A stretch of DNA of 64,000 bases from Candidatus Woesearchaeota archaeon (GCA_043803105.1 JAZDKJ010000006.1:352001-416000), one strand, 5' to 3'. Numbered from the stretch's first letter, positions 1 through 10,009 are shown. Numbers and translations: made by a program. Notes: generated by a model not told the origin, from the sequence alone.

Positions 1-307
1 CTGCCTTCTGCTCCTGCTTCATCTCCTCAACCTTTGACCTTCGCTGCACCTCAGAGACCCTTCGAAGCGAGAGGTCTATCTGTCCCCTTTCCCTATTGAC
101 TCTTAGCACTTTGCAGACAACAACCTTGCCTTCCTTCACAAAATCCCTGATGTTTCTTATCCTTCCAGGGCTTATCTCAGAGATGTGTATCATTCCCTGC
201 TTTTGGAATTCGTCCAGATTGACAAAAACAGAATTAAACTGCACTTTTGCCACAGTGCACATCACAAGCTCGTTCTCTTCCGGATAACCTTCCTTTTTGA
301 AAAGCAT
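1..307 (-). CDS. eif2a: Translation initiation factor aIF2 alpha, N-terminal part (runs off window start)
   Basis: Manual translation MLFKKEGYPEENELVMCTV...GMIHISEISPGRIRNIRDFVKEG...IDLSLRRV (S1 domain); follows L44e-S27e as in the conserved archaeal operon. Confidence 0.93.
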   Translation of the reverse strand, partial: MLFKKEGYPEENELVMCTVAKVQFNSVFVNLDEFQKQGMIHISEISPGRIRNIRDFVKEGKVVVCKVLRVNRERGQIDLSLRRVSEVQRRSKVEEMKQEQKA

Positions 308-493
308 TTATTCTAGTACCTCAAGGATCCTTGCCTTGACCTTTGATTTTCCGCCTGATGGTTCTGAGAGTACCTTTCCGCAGACCAGGCACTTTACTAT
401 TGTTGATGCCTTCCCGAACACAATCTGCTCGTTCTTGCACTTTGGGCATCTTACTTTGATAAACTTGCTTTCCGGCTCTTGTATCATTTCCAT
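308..493 (-). CDS. rps27e: 30S ribosomal protein S27e
   Basis: SKFIKVRCPKCKNEQIVF...CLVCG zinc ribbon; start moved to ATG 493. Confidence 0.95.
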   Translation of the reverse strand: MEMIQEPESKFIKVRCPKCKNEQIVFGKASTIVKCLVCGKVLSEPSGGKSKVKARILEVLE

Positions 494-801
494 TATTTGA
501 ACTCCACCTTCTTGGTTCTGATGTTTTTCCTTTGAACATGAGTCTTCTTGCACTCCTTGCACTCAAGCCTGAAGTCAGTCTTCTTGCTCTGCTTCTTTCC
601 AGTCATCTTGAATTGTGATATGGCTGGCTTTGAATACCTGCCCATGTTACCCATTCCTCGCGATGCACCCCTCCTTCTTGCCCTTACTTTAGATCCATAG
701 CTAAGAGTGCTTGCAGCCCTTTTCTTTGTCTGCGTAAGCTTGTGCTCAGTGTGCTTCTTGCAAAATGGGCAGTATCTCTTGACTGCTTTTGGTACTTTCA
801 T
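493..801 (-). CDS. rpl44e: 50S ribosomal protein L44e
   Basis: MKVPK..YCPFCKKHTEH...LECKECKK. Confidence 0.95.
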   Translation of the reverse strand: MKVPKAVKRYCPFCKKHTEHKLTQTKKRAASTLSYGSKVRARRRGASRGMGNMGRYSKPAISQFKMTGKKQSKKTDFRLECKECKKTHVQRKNIRTKKVEFK

Positions 802-906
802 AAGCTCTGAGGATTCGAGGGCGCTTTATAAATGTTTCTGCCCACATTGGAGAGTTTATTTTACCGGTCTGGAACATGCCATTGTAGCATACCCTTAACG
901 TATCTT

Positions 907-1257
907 ATGAATTTGCGACAGTCAATACGAAGGATGACAATTTGGTTGATGAATTATTTTTTAAGGGCTAATGGAATCCCTGCCACCACATATAATAGGG
1001 ATATGGAAAACTTTATTGTTCTGCGAAGACTTTTATCAGAAATTTTTGGAAAGGACATTTATGCTTCTCCAACAGAAATGGGGATAAACTTCATTAAGGA
1101 AAGTATAACGGATGACAATACAGTAAGGCAGGCCTCGCTCGAAGAAATTAAGAGAAGGTTTTGCATTTACAGGGAGAGGTCTGGATTGGGTAAAAAGGAC
1201 TATGAGCACTTCCTGTGGGCAAAGGAATTGGTGGCCAAACACAAGCTCGCTTTGTGA
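907..1257 (+). CDS. Short DUF1846/UPF0371-like protein (fragment-sized; start uncertain)
   Basis: YNRDMENF..LRRLL...YASPTEMGINF...ITDD..VRQASLEEIKRR resembles the YNRD...SPTDMGVN...ITDD segment of UPF0371. Confidence 0.55.
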   Translation: MNLRQSIRRMTIWLMNYFLRANGIPATTYNRDMENFIVLRRLLSEIFGKDIYASPTEMGINFIKESITDDNTVRQASLEEIKRRFCIYRERSGLGKKDYEHFLWAKELVAKHKLAL

Positions 1258-1303
1258 TACTTACAGAACATTATTTAAGTAGGTATATTCTGTTTTTGAT
1301 CAG

Positions 1304-1762
1304 ATGAGAAGAATACAGGTTGAATGCATTGCATTCAGGAAAAAGTCGGGAGTTTATGAGTTTCTTCTGCTTAAAAGGATTCCAAAGAAGGGAGGATTCT
1401 GGCAACCACCCGGCGGCGGGTTTGAGGAAGGGGATGCAACAATCTTGGATGCAGCGTACAGAGAACTTTGGGAGGAGACTGGTATCACAAAAGAAAAAGT
1501 CATGCGCATAATCAAGGATGTTCACAAGTTTGAAGTTAAGAAGCATTACCTCACTGGGGCAACAATCCCAACCATTACTGAACATGTTTATGGATTTGAA
1601 GTACGTAAAGATATTAGAATCTCAATAGACAGCGACACGGAAAAGGAACATGTTACATTTCGATGGGCAACCCTGGAACAAGCCCTTAACCTTCTAAAGT
1701 GGGAAAATAACAAAACAGCATTCAAGAAACTTTATGATATCCTGAACGCTGAGACTTCGTGA
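1304..1762 (+). CDS. NUDIX hydrolase
   Basis: Nudix box GGFEEGDATILDAAYRELWEETG; FWQ motif. Confidence 0.9.
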   Translation: MRRIQVECIAFRKKSGVYEFLLLKRIPKKGGFWQPPGGGFEEGDATILDAAYRELWEETGITKEKVMRIIKDVHKFEVKKHYLTGATIPTITEHVYGFEVRKDIRISIDSDTEKEHVTFRWATLEQALNLLKWENNKTAFKKLYDILNAETS

Positions 1763-1994
1763 AGATATTAATCAGGAAGAATATCAGAAGCCCCAAAAAG
1801 ATAGTCTTGTTACAATAATCAGGGCATCGCTTTCTGAAAAAGCTGCTTTCATAGGTTCTGAGGATTCGAGGATGGTTTATAAATGTTTCCTCCCTAGTTT
1901 TCACAGTCAATTCCATCACTCAGGCAATTATTTATAACTGTTAAGTAGTTACAAAACCGTTAAATTTATATATTAGTTATTGTTACCACTTCTT

Positions 1995-2477
1995 ATGGCA
2001 CCAAAAATCTCACGCAGGGATTTTCTAAAAAATATAGTGAAAGCTGCGGTAGTAGTTCCACCTTCTTATGTAATTGGTACTAGCGTTGCTCATGCAGCCA
2101 GCAAAAAGCCACTCTTTGAAGGTACGATAGAAGGAAAGCTTGTCTCATACTACACTGGAACTACTGGTTGGATCTCAAACGACCCTGACAGGATGGAAAT
2201 CCGCAGCAACGATTTGCATGAGATTATCGAAGATTATGATAGGAACGAGAACATTGGCGACCACCCTGACGACAAGCTGACTGTCAATAATTGTAACGGC
2301 AAATTCACTTACACAAAGAATTTTATGATTGACAACCAGGGCAACAAGTATGCTGACGAAGGCATGATTGGATCAAAGGTTATGTGCGAGGCAAGGCGCA
2401 AGCTTTGCGATGCAAACAATGAGTACAGGCACCTAAAGTGTGTCATCGCCCAGATTATTGCAGACCGCGTTCGTTAG
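1995..2477 (+). CDS. Hypothetical protein with twin-arginine-like signal
   Basis: MAPKISRRDFLK + hydrophobic stretch + AHA; TATA-like TTTATATA upstream. Confidence 0.6.
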   Translation: MAPKISRRDFLKNIVKAAVVVPPSYVIGTSVAHAASKKPLFEGTIEGKLVSYYTGTTGWISNDPDRMEIRSNDLHEIIEDYDRNENIGDHPDDKLTVNNCNGKFTYTKNFMIDNQGNKYADEGMIGSKVMCEARRKLCDANNEYRHLKCVIAQIIADRVR

Positions 2478-2764
2478 TGACGAATTCTTTCTTATAAAAT
2501 TTTTAGCCAATCTTACGCTCGCATGATTGGCATTTTCATCAAGATGCTGGTTTCTAGTCAAATCTGAGAATAGTTATAAGCTTTAAAAAAAGGTAGATAA
2601 TTGCTTTGGAATATAAATGAGGGATAATATGGCTAGATGAGACCTTAAGGGAAAAAACGTTACAGAATATCTTGGAAATATTCCACCAGCAATTCTGGAT
2701 AGTAAAATTGGAATGGAAGATTATATCTTTTGAAGACAGCAACAATATTTCAATATGAAATTGC

Positions 2765-3220
2765 CTATTCCATGCCTTGTTCTTTTGTAGGCGCAAGTAT
2801 CTTGTATTTGAAAACATTTTCTATAATTCCTTTCTGCTTTACCACTGCGTTAAAGGTAACGGCAAGTTTTTCGTCGCAAACAGACGCGCACAGGTCACTC
2901 AATTCTGCTTTTAGGTTTACTCTTAATCCACGAGACAGCTCCAAATCAGGTTCAGGTTTCAGTAATATTCTGATTCTGTCAAATGTTGAATCATATGATA
3001 CATCTGCCTGCACTGTAGCATCAACACCGGCAGTTTCCATGGTCCCGATATATCCAGAGTTATTCAGCTGTACAATACCATCAACAACCTGTTTCAAATC
3101 TTTCAAGGAATATGGTTCAAAAGAATCTGTTTCAAATCTTGGAGCAATTTTTATGGTCGCCATAAGAATGATAATCGCCTTACCTCTTAAAAAGCTTTCC
3201 CTTACTTGCTTTGTGTTCAT
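2765..3220 (-). CDS. Hypothetical protein
   Basis: 151-aa ORF with protein-like composition; start could be the internal MATIK. Confidence 0.5.
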   Translation of the reverse strand: MNTKQVRESFLRGKAIIILMATIKIAPRFETDSFEPYSLKDLKQVVDGIVQLNNSGYIGTMETAGVDATVQADVSYDSTFDRIRILLKPEPDLELSRGLRVNLKAELSDLCASVCDEKLAVTFNAVVKQKGIIENVFKYKILAPTKEQGME

Positions 3221-3320
3221 TCATGCCAAGAATTCGGATGTTCCGAAAACAACGGATTATGATCCCTTCCGGTTGAAACCAGTTATAAATGTTATGCTTC
3301 CAGCTTTTTTTCCCGAAGTC

Positions 3321-3464
3321 TCATCCAGGATAACGATACAAGAACATCGCAGCGGTTATGACCATCACCGGAATTAGTATCCATAAAGTGACCCTAAAGG
3401 CAATCAGCCATATTACTGCGAATAGCATAATATATCTTGCCACAATGAACGCTTCTTTTTTCAT
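3321..3464 (-). CDS. Small membrane protein (47 aa), not in ORF track
   Basis: MKKEAFIVARYIMLFAVIWLIAFRVTLWILIPVMVITAAMFLYRYPG; ATGA overlap with GINS stop. Confidence 0.55.
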   Translation of the reverse strand: MKKEAFIVARYIMLFAVIWLIAFRVTLWILIPVMVITAAMFLYRYPG

Positions 3465-4039
3465 TCCATCGCCTGCGCCCTGCCTTTTGTAATTAGGACA
3501 TCTGCTATGGCAGTCGGCAGGTTTGCAACATCCTCTTCTTCGAATGGGCCATAGACCTCTAGTTGTTCTCCAACGAATTTTGGCACAGGTGTGAGAAAGC
3601 GCACAAGCCTTGTCTCCTTCCTTATTTCTTCTTCAGGCTTTGCCTGATAGCCTTCCAGAAGAGGTTTCAGTATTGTTTCCCTGGACTTGTCAAGGAGACC
3701 GACCATCTGGTCGAAGAATTCTTTTTCATGTTTTAACAGCGCTGAGGTGTCGATGATGCTCGAGCCAGTCCTTGACTTGTTTACAGCAAGTGATATTATC
3801 TTTCTCTCCCTTAGCTCGTAGAGCTGCCTTGTCAGGCCTTTGACTTGTTCGAGCAGGTTCTTGTCCCTGTCGCTCACGAACATTCCTCCCTGCGAGAGCA
3901 CAATCTGTTTTTCATTGATGTATTTTGCCAGGTCATCAAGAAATGTGCTGCTTAAAGTTTGGAGCTCTTCCCTGTTCTTCTCAAGCCTTCTTAGCTCGAA
4001 GAGAGTCTCATATGTGATTGTTATCTCTGGATCTTGCAT
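3461..4039 (-). CDS. GINS complex subunit (Gins15/51-like)
   Basis: Helical A domain (LRERKIISLA..EKEFF) and B domain VRFLTPVPKFVG..YGPF..EDVANLP..A.VLI.KG.A. Confidence 0.88.
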   Translation of the reverse strand: MQDPEITITYETLFELRRLEKNREELQTLSSTFLDDLAKYINEKQIVLSQGGMFVSDRDKNLLEQVKGLTRQLYELRERKIISLAVNKSRTGSSIIDTSALLKHEKEFFDQMVGLLDKSRETILKPLLEGYQAKPEEEIRKETRLVRFLTPVPKFVGEQLEVYGPFEEEDVANLPTAIADVLITKGRAQAME

Positions 4040-4120
4040 GTTCCCCCTGCCTTTTCGAAACCTGTTTTGTATTTAATGATTTCGGAAATCTTTAATAACC
4101 TTCAGCTCTTCTGCCAGTTA

Positions 4121-5305
4121 ATGGCTAAATTGACTTTCCAGGACCTTAAATTTGAAGAGAAAAAAGATTCATTAAGAGTCTGGTTTCTTAGGATATTTTA
4201 CTTCGACCTGGAAAAGCCTGTCTTAGGTGATGCCAAAGCATCAGAGCATTCTATTGAATTTCCTGGGCTTGATGAATCTTCTGCCAGGAGAAGGTTCGAT
4301 TCTCTAATGAGCCTTGGCTTTGCAGGATTGAAGAACAGTCTGACAGGAAAGCCGACCATCTACATACATAAGAACAGCGGAATCCCGCTCATCGGCAATA
4401 TCAGTTTTGGTATCATCGACAGGAACAGCTCACTAATCGAGGTGAAGCCAATAACAGGATGCAATCTCAAATGCATCTTCTGCTCTGTTGACCAGGACAA
4501 ACGCCTTTATGATTTTGTTGTGGAGAAGGATTATCTTGTACAAGAGCTAAGAAAACTTGTGGAAATGAAGCAGCAAAAAGGTTTGGAGATCCACATAAAT
4601 TCCCACGGAGAGCCATCGTATTATGCACCCTTGAGAGAGTTCGTACAAGAAGTTTCAAAATGGCCTGAAATCCAGACCATCTCAATTGATACAAACGCCA
4701 CTCTCCTCACAGAAATAGTTGTAGACAATTTGGCAAAGGCAGGTCTAACAAGATTCAATGTATCCCTCAACGCGATTGACAGCGAGACAGCAAGAAAAAT
4801 GGCTGGTTGTAACTACGACGTAAGTAAGATCAAGAATATTTGTAAACACATAACTAAGGTATCACAATTGCTTATTGCCCCTGTGCTCGTGCCAGGCTTC
4901 AATGAAGATGAAATGCCAAAGCTGATTGAATTTGCAGACAGCTTGAAATCAAAGATAGGCATCCAGAACTTCCTGAGCTACAAGACAGGCAAGCACCCGG
5001 GAAAGCCTTACCAGATGAAAAAGTTCTTTGAGATCTTAAAAAATCTACAAGAAGCAACCAATATCAAGCTCATCTTTGACGAGAATGATTTCAGCATAAA
5101 GAGAACAAAGCCCCTTCCCAAGCCCTTCAAGAAGGGTCAGAAGATTGAAGCTGTTTTGCTCTGTCCAGGTAGACTTGCTCATGAGATGATTGCTGCTGCA
5201 AAAGGCAGGAACATTACCATAAAGGACACTGATAGGATAGGGATTGCAACAATAAGAATCACAGGAGACAAGCACAATATTTTCTACGGTTCAGTCTCTA
5301 AGTGA
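4121..5305 (+). CDS. Radical SAM Fe-S protein with C-terminal TRAM-like domain
   Basis: CNLKCIFC motif, HGEP, IPLIG..FGIIDR; start moved to ATG 4121. Confidence 0.85.
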   Translation: MAKLTFQDLKFEEKKDSLRVWFLRIFYFDLEKPVLGDAKASEHSIEFPGLDESSARRRFDSLMSLGFAGLKNSLTGKPTIYIHKNSGIPLIGNISFGIIDRNSSLIEVKPITGCNLKCIFCSVDQDKRLYDFVVEKDYLVQELRKLVEMKQQKGLEIHINSHGEPSYYAPLREFVQEVSKWPEIQTISIDTNATLLTEIVVDNLAKAGLTRFNVSLNAIDSETARKMAGCNYDVSKIKNICKHITKVSQLLIAPVLVPGFNEDEMPKLIEFADSLKSKIGIQNFLSYKTGKHPGKPYQMKKFFEILKNLQEATNIKLIFDENDFSIKRTKPLPKPFKKGQKIEAVLLCPGRLAHEMIAAAKGRNITIKDTDRIGIATIRITGDKHNIFYGSVSK

Positions 5306-5882
5306 TTATGCTTTCGCCATAGTCAACCCCATTGTACTGCGCTTCATACAATTGCCCGCTTCCGGTTCTCGTGAAGCTTATTCCTATTATGCCGGGGTTT
5401 GGCTTCTTTACATTCAGATAATCCTTGGTTGATTGTATGTCCTTCCAAAAGATTGTTATTGGCTTTGGACCGCAATCAGCGAGCACATTTTCCTTTTTTA
5501 CATAGAAGCTTCTTTGCAGTAGTGTGTAATCTCTCGCTTTAGGCTTGTCTTCCTTTCCAGAATATATGCCTACCATTATGTTTCCTTCAACAGGGATTAT
5601 GTTGCCTTGGTCGTCTGTGGGTAGCACCCTGAAGCTGAATCCCTCTGCTGTCTTGTTTATATGAGTGTCAAACAGCGTGACATGTATCTTTGTTATGTCC
5701 TGAGGCTGTAACGTGCTCGTACATTCCTTTGGCACCTCAGCAGGCTTCTGGTCAGGTATTGTCTCCTTTGTCACAACATTCTGCCTTGCGTTTGGTATTA
5801 CCTGCTGTAATACCGGCTTGTCTGTTGTGCAGCCAATTACCAGCACTAAGAACAAAAGCAGTGCAAAAACAATCTTACGCAT
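5298..5882 (-). CDS. Putative lipoprotein
   Basis: Signal peptide ending LVIGC. Confidence 0.65.
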   Translation of the reverse strand: MRKIVFALLLFLVLVIGCTTDKPVLQQVIPNARQNVVTKETIPDQKPAEVPKECTSTLQPQDITKIHVTLFDTHINKTAEGFSFRVLPTDDQGNIIPVEGNIMVGIYSGKEDKPKARDYTLLQRSFYVKKENVLADCGPKPITIFWKDIQSTKDYLNVKKPNPGIIGISFTRTGSGQLYEAQYNGVDYGESIIT

Positions 5883-5894
5883 GGTCTCCCCCCT

Positions 5895-6431
5895 TTATGC
5901 TACCTTTTTTATGTACACTTCTTTGGAGCTGGTGCCAGATACCTCGATTTCAGTTCCCTTGAACTGGTCCTTGTAAGAGGTAAAGTCTGCCATTATTCTG
6001 CAAGCCCTTCTTGTATCTTGGGCATTGAGCCCAGCTACAATTATTGATATCGATTTAGGAGTCTCAAAAAGCTTTACCATTGCAGTTCCTGGCTTGAATC
6101 CTTCCATGCAGTCTGCTGGAAAGCCCATTAGTTTGGCTGCTACAGGGTTTGCGCACGGCCCTCCCACTACTATCATGTTCTGTGATCCAACGTCTGTTAT
6201 TTCAGAAGCAAGCATTGATGCGCTCTCAATCCGTTTCGCGCTATAGAACTGCAGGCTTGTTGCTATGTCAACCGCGCCTATGGCATCAGCTATGTCTGCA
6301 TTATCACCGATAACGAAAGTGACGTCTACCACTCCTGCATTTGTGAGGAATGTTGGGTAATCGGAAAAGTCTGCAGCACAAGCAATATTTGCGGCGAGAA
6401 TAAGGACGATAATCACTGCAATCATGTTCAT
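5895..6431 (-). CDS. Miniature S-layer-like protein (only N- and C-terminal anchor segments)
   Basis: VIGDNADIADAIGAVDIATSLQ joined directly to LASEITD..QNMIVVGGPCAN; paralogous to both ends of 6508-8934. Confidence 0.8.
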   Translation of the reverse strand: MNMIAVIIVLILAANIACAADFSDYPTFLTNAGVVDVTFVIGDNADIADAIGAVDIATSLQFYSAKRIESASMLASEITDVGSQNMIVVGGPCANPVAAKLMGFPADCMEGFKPGTAMVKLFETPKSISIIVAGLNAQDTRRACRIMADFTSYKDQFKGTEIEVSGTSSKEVYIKKVA

Positions 6432-6507
6432 ATGTCGATTCTTATCGCTCTTACTATATAATTTTTTCGCATTAAAGAAAAAATAAAAAAAAAGAAAAAA
6501 AAGCCGT

Positions 6508-8934
6508 TTAGGCTACAGCCGTAACTGTTATATCAGTCAAGCTTGTTCCGCTAACCTGCACTTCGGTTCCAGTGAGCTTATACTGGGCATAGTTTGCCAG
6601 CACTCTGCTCGCCCTATGGGTGTCAAGCGCTGTTCCACCTGCTACAAGCATGGCAACCTTTGTGCCCTCCTCGTAGAGCTTGAGCATTGCTTTGCCTTCG
6701 CTAAAGCCTGCCAAGCATGCCGGTACAGCCTGCTCCACTCCCATGACCTTTGCTGCTATTGCGTTTGCGCAAGGTCCGCCAACCACAATCATGTTCTGCG
6801 CTGTGATATCGCTCACTTCTGATGCGAGTTTCGCAGTGCCGACCTGTATTGGGGTATAGGTCGTGGTGGTTCCAGCGCCTGTTCCAGCCTGGACTACTGT
6901 TGTCACTCCAGATGTCACGAATGCGTTGGCAACTGCCTCCTGACCAGGGTAGCTTATGCTAATTGTGTGCTGGTCTGGGTTTGAGTCAAACTCTACGTAT
7001 GAGCCAAAGCTCGTGTACGCGGTCTGGAAGTTGTTCTTGCTGTCCCATGTTTGTAGGCTGAAGTATGTGTCACCGCTTGTTGGTGTTCCTGCCTGCAATG
7101 GTGTGCTTGAGGTTGTTCCCGAGCGCGAGACGTTCACAGTTATTGCTTTTACAGCACTTGTTGAGTCGTCTCTTGACCTTCCTGGGTACTCAGTCACGTT
7201 AAAGATGCAAGAGCTTCCAGCATCTTTTATCTGGACCTTTGCTTCTCCCGGCGTGTACAGTACTGCTCCATCATCTCCCATTGAGGTTGTGATGTTCAGC
7301 CTGCTGTTGGTGTAGTCAGCCTTGAAGTCATAGGCATACCCGTCCAGGTAGAATGTTCCTGCACCTGATGTTGTTGACACTTCGAAGCTGTCTCCTGTGC
7401 CCAGGTCCTTGAACTTGACCTTGTTGGTTGTTCCTGTCGTGAAGCTGTCCACTTCTAACAAGTGGCTGAACCTGTTGCTGCTCACGATGAACTGGTCGTT
7501 CTGTCGGATAGGTGTTGCAATTGCCGTTATTATCTTGTGGCTATCGTCCTTTCCTAGGTTGCATGCTACAGCGTCTGTGTTTGTGTAGAATGCATAGAAG
7601 TTCAGATCTCCACCTGTCTTTGTTGGCATTTGGACCCTATACTTGGTTGTTGCTCCAGACCTCAGGTTGATTGCTTCCGGTGTTCCGAAATCAACGCCCG
7701 CTAGCTCAAAGTCAAGGTTTTGCAAGAAGAGTTTTCCCTTCTCATCGCTCGTTAGCCTGTCAGACAACTTTCCACTAGCTGGGACAAACACGTTGTCTGT
7801 GGCATTCCACATGACTTCGATCTTGCTGATTCTTATCTCAGCTGCGCTTGTGGTGGCAACAATGTCCGCCTTGACGCCGCTGACTTCTTCAGAGCCAACA
7901 GTCAGTGTTCCTTGGTTTGTGCCTCCTGCGCCAAACTTGCTGTCTGCTATCTCGACTTTTGACGCACCGAGATAGAATTCAACAAGCCTTGAGCCTCCTG
8001 CGAAGTCCTGTGACAAGAGTGTCTTGACACCGATTTCAGTGCCGTCCTTCAGCTTGAAGGTTGTTCCTTCTTGCAGCTTGTCTGTTACCTCGCCGTTGAC
8101 TTTGAAGAGTACGTCACTGCCTGTTATGATAGTGACTTCAACCTCGTAGTCAACTCCGTTGATGGTATAGGTTTTTGTTTCCCCTTCACTTAGTGTGTCA
8201 AGGATTGCCCCTCCCATCAAGGTTAAGGTTCCTGTGCTATTGTCTGTGCTTATTACTGTATATTCTTTGCCCATCAAGGTCATTTTCTTGTTGTCCAGGT
8301 CTTTCCAGTGATCCACATTGGCTGCTGTTGAGGTTGTCACAATGTCAGACCGAAGCGCTGTCGGGAATGACAGCCTATAAGTGTATACCTTGTAGTTGTC
8401 GAGGAACTCAAGGTATAAGGCTGGGTCATCCGCTTGGTCGCTGTCTATTGTATAGACCACAGACGAATTGTCAGGCATATCAATGTACTGGTTGTAGGTA
8501 AAGGTTCCTTTTGCGTTTGTGATGACTCCATCAGCAAGTGCTTTCAGGTCACTTTTATCAACAACGGTTACAGGGCCTCCCCTGCTTCCTGCTCCCGAGA
8601 GTTGTTCTCCTAGGTTCAGCTTGTCGCCTGATTTCTCAACTTTGAAGGCGTCCCCTTCAACAGTCGTAGTTACCCCTGTGCTTCCTGTCACTGTGGTGCT
8701 TGTCTTGGATGCTTGTTGCAAAGATACTGCGATGTCTATAGCACCTACAACATCTTCACCAGCAGCCTGGTCGCCAACTACAATAATACCATCAAACTTC
8801 CCTTCCTTAATGAAAAGGGGGCTTGGGTACTGGCTCAAATCAGCCGCTGCGAGTGCACCCAAAAGAGTTGCTCCTACCATGGTTACTCCTGTTCCTAGAG
8901 CAACTACTTTCTTCATCACTCTTTTTATTTTCAT
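6508..8934 (-). CDS. S-layer protein (Methanococcales/Thermococcales S_layer_N/C type)
   Basis: Signal peptide, DLSQYP..IVVGDQAAGEDVVGAIDIA, C-terminal NMIVVGGPCAN; SD GGAGGTG at 8940-8946. Confidence 0.88.
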   Translation of the reverse strand: MKIKRVMKKVVALGTGVTMVGATLLGALAAADLSQYPSPLFIKEGKFDGIIVVGDQAAGEDVVGAIDIAVSLQQASKTSTTVTGSTGVTTTVEGDAFKVEKSGDKLNLGEQLSGAGSRGGPVTVVDKSDLKALADGVITNAKGTFTYNQYIDMPDNSSVVYTIDSDQADDPALYLEFLDNYKVYTYRLSFPTALRSDIVTTSTAANVDHWKDLDNKKMTLMGKEYTVISTDNSTGTLTLMGGAILDTLSEGETKTYTINGVDYEVEVTIITGSDVLFKVNGEVTDKLQEGTTFKLKDGTEIGVKTLLSQDFAGGSRLVEFYLGASKVEIADSKFGAGGTNQGTLTVGSEEVSGVKADIVATTSAAEIRISKIEVMWNATDNVFVPASGKLSDRLTSDEKGKLFLQNLDFELAGVDFGTPEAINLRSGATTKYRVQMPTKTGGDLNFYAFYTNTDAVACNLGKDDSHKIITAIATPIRQNDQFIVSSNRFSHLLEVDSFTTGTTNKVKFKDLGTGDSFEVSTTSGAGTFYLDGYAYDFKADYTNSRLNITTSMGDDGAVLYTPGEAKVQIKDAGSSCIFNVTEYPGRSRDDSTSAVKAITVNVSRSGTTSSTPLQAGTPTSGDTYFSLQTWDSKNNFQTAYTSFGSYVEFDSNPDQHTISISYPGQEAVANAFVTSGVTTVVQAGTGAGTTTTYTPIQVGTAKLASEVSDITAQNMIVVGGPCANAIAAKVMGVEQAVPACLAGFSEGKAMLKLYEEGTKVAMLVAGGTALDTHRASRVLANYAQYKLTGTEVQVSGTSLTDITVTAVA

Positions 8935-9089
8935 CTAAACACCTCCGTGTTTATATTTTGGCTATCTTTACCTTGTAATAAGGCAAGTTCCTCCCAAAAC
9001 CTTGGCCTTGGTAACACTCTCACACACCTTTAGTCTTGCTACCAAACCCTATAGTTATGGTTGGGTTCTCAGTACTAGAACGCCACTGC

Positions 9090-9104
9090 TTTATAAAATT
9101 TTCG
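9090..9104 (-). promoter_or_regulatory. BRE/TATA promoter of the S-layer gene, implying a ~130-nt 5' UTR
   Basis: Minus strand CGAAAA-TTTTATAAA about 155 nt upstream of the ATG. Confidence 0.55.
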
Positions 9105-9324
9105 CAAGAATGTCGTCAAGAAAACCGTACCAAATGGGGTTATAGCCCTTCTAGAGCCATAATCCTGAGGTTTCAGCATGTTATTACTATAAAATGGTCT
9201 GACAGGCCTTTACAGCGTATTTTTGACTGATTTTACATATGGATAGGCTGACTGGCTAAGAACCCAAAAAAATGGCTTTGTAGGCTGTCTCCGGCCTTGT
9301 GAAATCAGTGCCTTTCCAAAAATG

Positions 9325-9486
9325 TCAGGATTTTCCATCCAGTCTCTGACTGGTGGCAAGCAAGGCTTGCAATGGGCAGCACCAATCCAGAAAATCCTGA
9401 GCACTAAGAACCGCCAGAAAGTTAGTTTGCAGCAAAGTGACCAATCGCCTAGGAATCCCGCCAGTCTATGAGTGGCGGTTCTTTAG
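9325..9486. repeat. Two adjacent inverted-repeat-bounded multi-hairpin elements
   Basis: TCAGGATTTTC(9325-9335)/GAAAATCCTGA(9390-9400); AAGAACCGCCA(9406-9416)/TGGCGGTTCTT(9473-9483). Confidence 0.6.
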
Positions 9487-9487
9487 T

Positions 9488-10009
9488 TTAGTTGATTCTG
9501 TTCAAGGTGTTGATGTATGGGCACTTTAAGGAAATCTTGTGGATTCGTTTCTTTATGTGGTCATAGTAATATGCCTTGATTGAAATCGTGTAGTCACTGC
9601 CTATGCTTCCAGAAATCTTCTTTTCCTGGGCTTTATACTGCCATTTGCGTTCTTTTCTTGCTTTTTTTATCAAGATAAGCAATGAAACTCCTTCTCCATC
9701 AATTTTCAACGATTTTTTGTCGCAATCAGTCAAACCATCCAGTTTTCCTATGTGTGAATGATAATCTCCCACTCTGCTATATTTTGATATCAGGCAATTA
9801 GTTCTGTTTATCCTTTTCTCATATTTGTCATCAACTGTTATCTCCTTCTTCTTGCGCTCTGCTGTCTGATGTGTTATGGCATACTTTATCACGTACGAGT
9901 TACCCTTTCTTCTGCCTATCAGAATTCCGCAGGTCTCTTTGTCATAGACCTCTACTGCACTCGTTAGTATCCCTAAAAGTGCACCCTCTTCTATCACCAC
10001 GCTGCGCAT
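9488..10009 (-). CDS. JAB/MPN (JAMM) metalloprotease-like protein
   Basis: ETCGILIG...VGDYHSH......TDCD. Confidence 0.8.
   Translation of the reverse strand: MRSVVIEEGALLGILTSAVEVYDKETCGILIGRRKGNSYVIKYAITHQTAERKKKEITVDDKYEKRINRTNCLISKYSRVGDYHSHIGKLDGLTDCDKKSLKIDGEGVSLLILIKKARKERKWQYKAQEKKISGSIGSDYTISIKAYYYDHIKKRIHKISLKCPYINTLNRIN

Noticed and set aside
2554-3377. ORFs 2554-2817 (minus) and 2730-3377 (plus)
   Set aside because: Overlap or antisense to better-supported genes; atypical composition
9240-9486. RNase P or SRP RNA
   Set aside because: No GAGGAAAGUCC or SRP helix-8 signature found on either strand
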